From Candidatus Dojkabacteria bacterium (lineage in GTDB: Bacteria; Patescibacteriota; Dojkabacteria; B142; JAFGMG01): a stretch of DNA of 64,000 nt. The DNA lies in the NCBI GenBank assembly GCA_016927655.1, contig JAFGMG010000001.1, positions 34,818-98,817 on the forward strand. The letters run 5' to 3'. The translations under genes were made by a program, and so were the position numbers. The notes below the pieces were generated by a model. That model did not search any database, had not been told where the DNA came from, and saw nothing but the letters and a program-made list of their open reading frames with translations. This document shows positions 59,152 through 64,000 of the stretch, one piece after another (positions within the stretch are counted from its first letter, which is position 1; every line of letters begins with the position of its first letter).

Positions 59152-61818
59152 TTAGAAAATATTAAGATTAAGTTTGTTATTCGCCTTTGATTTAAAATCA
59201 GTAAAGCTTTCTACAGGTGCTAAGTACTCTTTTAGTCCAATAGCTTCAAAGTGTTTAATAGCACATTGTATTTTCATCTTCTCTGTTTCCTTTAGTTGAT
59301 TCCATTCTGTAGAACCTTTTGTTTCTATTACAAAGTAGTACTTTGTTGATTCTCCATCTTCAAGCGAGGTCTTTTCTAAAACAAGTGCAAAATCTGGATT
59401 GTATTTGCCAATTGGAGTATCGATCTCATACCATTTGGGAAGTTTTATAAATGCTTTGACCTTATTTTCATTATCAACTCCAAGTGTGAAGTCTTTCTCA
59501 ATATCTGAGTCGTAAATCACACCATCGTATAAGCCATTTTTAACTGGAACAATTTCACCGTATGTTTCGATAATTTCTTGAAAGAGCGAAGTATCGTAGC
59601 TATAGCCTAAGGTCTGATAATTCACTAGATTTACCATTTCATCTTCAAGTATGTGCTGAATCCTTTTAACTGCCTCTGCTACATAGATAATTGGATTTTT
59701 GTTAAGCATATGTTTATTATTTAACCCTTCAAATATCTGAATAACTGTATTTACACTTAGTGCAGTTTGTTCGGATATTTCATCTACAAAATCTATACTC
59801 ACAACTGATACCTTTGAAACAGCTTCATCACTTCCTACATGTCTTGAGCTTTCTGTAATGCCTACATCTTCAGATAGAGATTGAATTTTGTTAAGCTCTG
59901 AAATGATAGTTTGTTCTTGTACTACTATCTCGTTAAGTGATTCGATACATTTATCTACTAGCTCAGGTTCTCTAAATACAACAGAGTATTTAGTTTTTTG
60001 AGATATTTTCTTCCATAAGTTTTTAAAGTCATCACCTCCTAGAACTGATTTATTAAGCTTAATTTTATTGAGGTTCTTTCTGGCATCTCTTGGTTTTGGT
60101 AGAGGTGATTTAGTACCAAATTCTTCGATAAGTTCGCTTTGATAACTTTCAGCAAAAGAATAATAGCTTTGATTTGCAACAACCGTTAGTAAATTCACTT
60201 CTTGACCTTCTGAAATGTCTTCTGCATCTCTGTATCGCTTACCATCTTGCATAACTGATATTCTCAAACCTCTTCCTATCTCTTGCCTTTTCTTGATCGT
60301 ACTTTCGGATTCATTTAGTGTACAGATGTTAAACACATTCGGATTATCCCATCCAACGCCTAAAGCAGAGTGAGAGAATATAAATTCAAGTGGCTCATCA
60401 AATGAAAGCAATCTCTCTTTATCTTTCATAATAAGGTTGAATATCTCACTGTTTTTTGTCATTGAGTTCTCATTATCTGTATACTCTCCTGTTGATTTTG
60501 TCTTTGCAAAATAACCGTTATGAACTTTAGCTATATCATCAGGCTCAACTCCATATTTATTCTTGAACTCTTCTTGATAGATTTCTACAAATAACTTTCT
60601 AATAATTCCGTCTACTTCAACATAGTTAGCAACTCTATCAATGAAAAACAGTGATAAGACTTTAATGTCCTTTTCTTTATAAATTTCTTTTTTCTGGAAA
60701 TGTTTTTTAATCGTCCATCTTATTTGTTCTCTAAAAATTCCTTCTTTGTCCCACCCAATTTTATTCCCTTTAGTAAGTTCTGTTCCGTTAGAGAATCTAA
60801 CTTTTTCAGTACCATCTAGAGGATCAATCAAAATTCTACTAATTACCCAACCTCTGTATACAGGGTTCTTAGTTTTTTCTTCCAAATTATCACCATCTTT
60901 AAAATACATAGATTTAGTCCGAAGTTGATTTCCAAAGCTCACATTTAGCTTGGCCTCAGGCGGTTTTCCAGTATTTGAAGTTCGGAGTCCTTCGAACATA
61001 ATCTGTACATTACTCTGCATATTACTCTCATGAATTGAGAATACTTCTATCTTTTTAACCAAACCTTGATTATATGCATCATAAGGTGTTAATCGATAAA
61101 CCAGGTTAATTTGCTTTTTGTGTGTAGCAGAGTATCTTAATTTGAATAGAGGATTGAGTCCTGCAAATCTTTTCTTCATATTAGCTGAATCCATGCCCTC
61201 TTGTGGCTCATCCATTATGATAATAGGATTTGTTTGCTTGATTAGGTCAATGAGTTTAACTCCTTGGTTTGAATCTCTTTCTTGATTGATAATCCTGTCA
61301 TCCGTATTGAATGCTTGTACATTAGTAACCATGATTTGAAGTGTATTTCCAGTTGCAAAGTTTCTAACTCTTACAGGCTTTTTACTGTCGTATTCAAAGT
61401 AGTCTGCTTTTGTGTTGTAGAGCTGTTTAAAGTGTTGTTCTGTCATTTTAAGTGTTTTTATAACACCCTCTTTGACAGGAATACTTGGGACAACAATAAT
61501 AAACTTGTTTAATCCATATTCTTTGTGAAGCTCTAGAATTGTCCTTAGATAAACATAGGTTTTACCTGTACCTGTTTCCATTTCAATTGAGAAATCTAGT
61601 GTATCTTTATCTAAAAATGTTTCTAAAATTGAATTTTCTGTAGTAATTTGATTGAAGTTTTCAAATACCTTTTCAGGAGTGATTTTTAATACATTTTTTG
61701 AGACCTCACTGAATACTCTATTTTCAGCTTTAATGTAGGGTGCTCCATCAAAGAGCTTAACTACTGAGTTAATAGCATCTATTTGGTACTGTAAGTTTGG
61801 TTCAAATTGTATTTTCAT
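59152..61818 (-). CDS. res: Type III R-M restriction subunit (Res)
   Basis: IEMETGTGKT, IIMDEPQ, RYSATH, GWDNPNVF, QEIGRGLR, YNPDFA..VIETKG. Confidence 0.95.
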   Translation of the reverse strand: MKIQFEPNLQYQIDAINSVVKLFDGAPYIKAENRVFSEVSKNVLKITPEKVFENFNQITTENSILETFLDKDTLDFSIEMETGTGKTYVYLRTILELHKEYGLNKFIIVVPSIPVKEGVIKTLKMTEQHFKQLYNTKADYFEYDSKKPVRVRNFATGNTLQIMVTNVQAFNTDDRIINQERDSNQGVKLIDLIKQTNPIIIMDEPQEGMDSANMKKRFAGLNPLFKLRYSATHKKQINLVYRLTPYDAYNQGLVKKIEVFSIHESNMQSNVQIMFEGLRTSNTGKPPEAKLNVSFGNQLRTKSMYFKDGDNLEEKTKNPVYRGWVISRILIDPLDGTEKVRFSNGTELTKGNKIGWDKEGIFREQIRWTIKKHFQKKEIYKEKDIKVLSLFFIDRVANYVEVDGIIRKLFVEIYQEEFKNKYGVEPDDIAKVHNGYFAKTKSTGEYTDNENSMTKNSEIFNLIMKDKERLLSFDEPLEFIFSHSALGVGWDNPNVFNICTLNESESTIKKRQEIGRGLRISVMQDGKRYRDAEDISEGQEVNLLTVVANQSYYSFAESYQSELIEEFGTKSPLPKPRDARKNLNKIKLNKSVLGGDDFKNLWKKISQKTKYSVVFREPELVDKCIESLNEIVVQEQTIISELNKIQSLSEDVGITESSRHVGSDEAVSKVSVVSIDFVDEISEQTALSVNTVIQIFEGLNNKHMLNKNPIIYVAEAVKRIQHILEDEMVNLVNYQTLGYSYDTSLFQEIIETYGEIVPVKNGLYDGVIYDSDIEKDFTLGVDNENKVKAFIKLPKWYEIDTPIGKYNPDFALVLEKTSLEDGESTKYYFVIETKGSTEWNQLKETEKMKIQCAIKHFEAIGLKEYLAPVESFTDFKSKANNKLNLNIF

Positions 61819-62028
61819 TTATTTCATTAAGTCATCAATTGATATGTTTAGAGCTTTGCAAAGCATAACCACCTGCAAAAAGGCAGGATTTTTTGTTTTT
61901 CCTGTTTCAATCTTTGTAATAGTGGAGTAGCTGACACCTGATATCAAGGCTAAATGCCTTTGTGTTATATGTTGAGATTCTCTTTCTTCTCGAATTTTTG
62001 TTACAACTTTTTTTATTACACTTTCCAT
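61819..62028 (-). CDS. XRE-family HTH regulator
   Basis: ITQRHLA..SGVSYSTITKIETG..NP. Confidence 0.9.
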   Translation of the reverse strand: MESVIKKVVTKIREERESQHITQRHLALISGVSYSTITKIETGKTKNPAFLQVVMLCKALNISIDDLMK

Positions 62029-62029
62029 A

Positions 62030-63097
62030 TTATGAAACAGTATATGGTATTTTATGTTGCTTTGTAAAATTGTTTAATCTTATTGGCTTGTAGTTTATTA
62101 ATTGTCTTTCTATCTCTGTTATCCAATTTTCAGTCTTTTTATCTATAGGAAGTTTCTTCATCAATTGGTTAAGTGAGTACCACGTCTCCCTTGAGTATCT
62201 ATATTCAATAATTTCTCTCACCCTTTTCAAACCTATCTCTTTGGTAAGTACATACATTGCAAAGATATTATTGACAGTCCTAATTCTCATTTTCGGATTA
62301 CTCATAAGAATTTCAGCATAGATTGTTTCTAAAGAAATATCCTCATATGAAAAGCTGATTAATTCTTTAGCCAGAATATCCCAATATGACTTGCATAAAT
62401 CGGTAAGGAAATAGTGGGAGGTGAGTTTTACTAATGTGTTATTATCTTTTTCTAAAGCCAATTCTCTTAAGATAACACTTTCCATTTTTAACCTAATTTC
62501 TAACCTCAAAATTTGAAAGCCATTGTTTCTCAGTAAAGTAACTAATTGTTTATTTGCTTTCTCTTTGGTTAATTCTGCAACTTTATCGTAAATAATAATT
62601 TCCCTTGATTTATTACCGATTCTCAAACTACTTCCGTTGTTGTTATAGTCTCTAATAAGACCGCTAAACCTATTACTCCAATTAGTACCTCGTAACTTAT
62701 CAATTATCATTGAGGGGAAGATATTTGATGGTAGTATTACGTTCTTACCAAAATGAACTTTAACAACCTTTGCTTTATTGAGCTCATTAAGTGGTATATA
62801 AACATCCATTTTATCAAGTGTCTTTTGTAATACTTCAAAAAGCTTTTGAATGTCATTTTGAGAAAGTTCTTCAAGATTGTTTCCGAATAGCAATTTGGGG
62901 GCTGAAAACTCAATGTATAAATATTCTTTGCTGTAACCTCTACTGCGAATTCTTAATGATGGAAAATAATCTTTGCTTTTGGTTGCCTCATGTATACGGT
63001 CATAATATCCATTACCTTTTCTTATAATACTGAATTTTGATTTATTATTGATTTTGAACTTTTTCTCATCCAACCTCAAAGTTATTGTGTCTATCAT
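62030..63097 (-). CDS. Phage/plasmid replication initiation protein (gpII/X-, Rep_trans-like)
   Basis: MIDTI, IEFSAPKLLFGNNL, IIYDKVAE, LRLEIRL. Confidence 0.65.
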   Translation of the reverse strand: MIDTITLRLDEKKFKINNKSKFSIIRKGNGYYDRIHEATKSKDYFPSLRIRSRGYSKEYLYIEFSAPKLLFGNNLEELSQNDIQKLFEVLQKTLDKMDVYIPLNELNKAKVVKVHFGKNVILPSNIFPSMIIDKLRGTNWSNRFSGLIRDYNNNGSSLRIGNKSREIIIYDKVAELTKEKANKQLVTLLRNNGFQILRLEIRLKMESVILRELALEKDNNTLVKLTSHYFLTDLCKSYWDILAKELISFSYEDISLETIYAEILMSNPKMRIRTVNNIFAMYVLTKEIGLKRVREIIEYRYSRETWYSLNQLMKKLPIDKKTENWITEIERQLINYKPIRLNNFTKQHKIPYTVS

Positions 63098-63377
63098 TTA
63101 ATTCATTAAGTTTTCTAATTACTTCTTCCTCAATAACTTTTCCGATTTCTTTGTTGATTGGATAAAAGATGGCAATACTTCTTTCACCTCTTTGTTTAGT
63201 GGGATATACAAGGCGATATGAGCCATCTAGGCGGGTGAAAATAGCAATTGAGCTACAATAGATCCCTTCAAATAAAACGAATGTACAAAATGCGATTAAA
63301 CCATCTTTTGGCTTTACTGGAATTATCTCTATCTCTGAAATTATATTAGTTGTTCTTAACAAGTTTCTCTCTTTCAT
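63066..63377 (-). CDS. SpoVG-like protein
   Basis: IIPVKPKDGLIAFCTFVL...I.I...RLVYPTK...FYPINKE..IEEEV. Confidence 0.7.
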   Translation of the reverse strand: MKERNLLRTTNIISEIEIIPVKPKDGLIAFCTFVLFEGIYCSSIAIFTRLDGSYRLVYPTKQRGERSIAIFYPINKEIGKVIEEEVIRKLNELNDRHNNFEVG

Positions 63378-63486
63378 TTATCTTGATGAGGGTTTCAATA
63401 AATGTAACAAGTCTTGCACTAGCATCTGGTTTGCTTAGTACTTCTTGTAGTCTTTTCTGTTTTAGTGCGACTTGCTCGTTTTTCAT
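63346..63486 (-). CDS. Small hypothetical protein (46 aa)
   Basis: MKNEQVALKQKRLQEVLSKPDASARLVTFIETLIKINEREKLVKNN*; co-oriented and overlapping the SpoVG-like ORF. Confidence 0.4.
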   Translation of the reverse strand: MKNEQVALKQKRLQEVLSKPDASARLVTFIETLIKINEREKLVKNN

Positions 63487-63566
63487 AATAAGAGCTTATC
63501 GCTTGCATGAAGAATTATCCCTTTGGTAGGGATATTTGGGGTGGTTTAGTGGTGTTTAGGGGCGTT

Positions 63567-64000
63567 TTAGTATTCTAGTTTTTCAATTCCGAGTTCTAAT
63601 AAATCCCTTTGTGTAATAGGATTATTAAACTGTATATGTGTTTTTGAGATATTGAAAAACACTTTTCTTAGATTTCCTTTAAATCCGAGATTCTCGACAA
63701 TTTTATCAAAGCTTTTGCCTACTGAAATTTTACCTTGTTGCTTTATCTCATCTTTAGACCATGGTTTATTAGGGTTGTTGTATAGGAAATCAAACACTAA
63801 ATCATTTTCCTGCATAAAGTTGGGCTTTCCAATTTCATGTTCGCCATCAAGTAGGATTCGCCTATCTTTTGTTAAAGATATTTTATGAATAACTGGATTT
63901 TCATCTAAATCACCAGCAATAATCGACTTAACCAATTGATTTGTTAATCCAGCTTCAAAACGGAATAGGATTAAAGGATTGTAGTAGAGATTTAGCATGT
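63567..64000 (-). CDS. Hypothetical protein, probably 5'-truncated by the window edge, possible C-terminal wHTH
   Basis: Open frame to the edge; VFDFLYNNPNK..SKDEI. Confidence 0.5.
   Translation of the reverse strand, partial: MLNLYYNPLILFRFEAGLTNQLVKSIIAGDLDENPVIHKISLTKDRRILLDGEHEIGKPNFMQENDLVFDFLYNNPNKPWSKDEIKQQGKISVGKSFDKIVENLGFKGNLRKVFFNISKTHIQFNNPITQRDLLELGIEKLEY

Larger units (their letters stand above)
54830..64000 (-). mobile_element. Integrative element in tRNA-His (left boundary approximate, right end outside window)
   Basis: Serine recombinase abuts and overlaps the tRNA; co-oriented R-M, HTH, Rep and SpoVG-like genes; visibly more AT-rich than the flanks. Confidence 0.85.

Overview
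Window from a reduced-genome bacterium, most likely CPR/Patescibacteria (inferred from the absence of rpmD between rpsE and rplO and the trigger factor lacking its FKBP domain). It uses the standard code, with TGA as stop. Bases 1.5-20.5 kb hold the fusA-tuf-S10-spc-alpha-rplM/rpsI ribosomal superoperon on the minus strand. Both elongation factors have non-canonical G4 nucleotide-specificity motifs: EF-Tu NIFE and EF-G NKLN. At 23.3-26.5 kb, an integron-like array of four small integrase-free cassettes sits at the 3' end of tRNA-Glu, each delimited by a ~32-bp repeat derived partly from the tRNA end. Next come nusA, a cell-surface glycan cluster, and two paralogous modular surface proteins interleaved with a split suf operon. 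These are followed by recF, tig, dus, tmk, thyX, tRNA-Arg and tRNA-His. An integrative element in tRNA-His runs off the right edge. It carries a large serine recombinase whose C-terminus is read from the antisense tRNA, a GIY-YIG nuclease, type III R-M, a rolling-circle-type Rep and a SpoVG-like gene. All calls come from motif recognition by eye; no searches were run.
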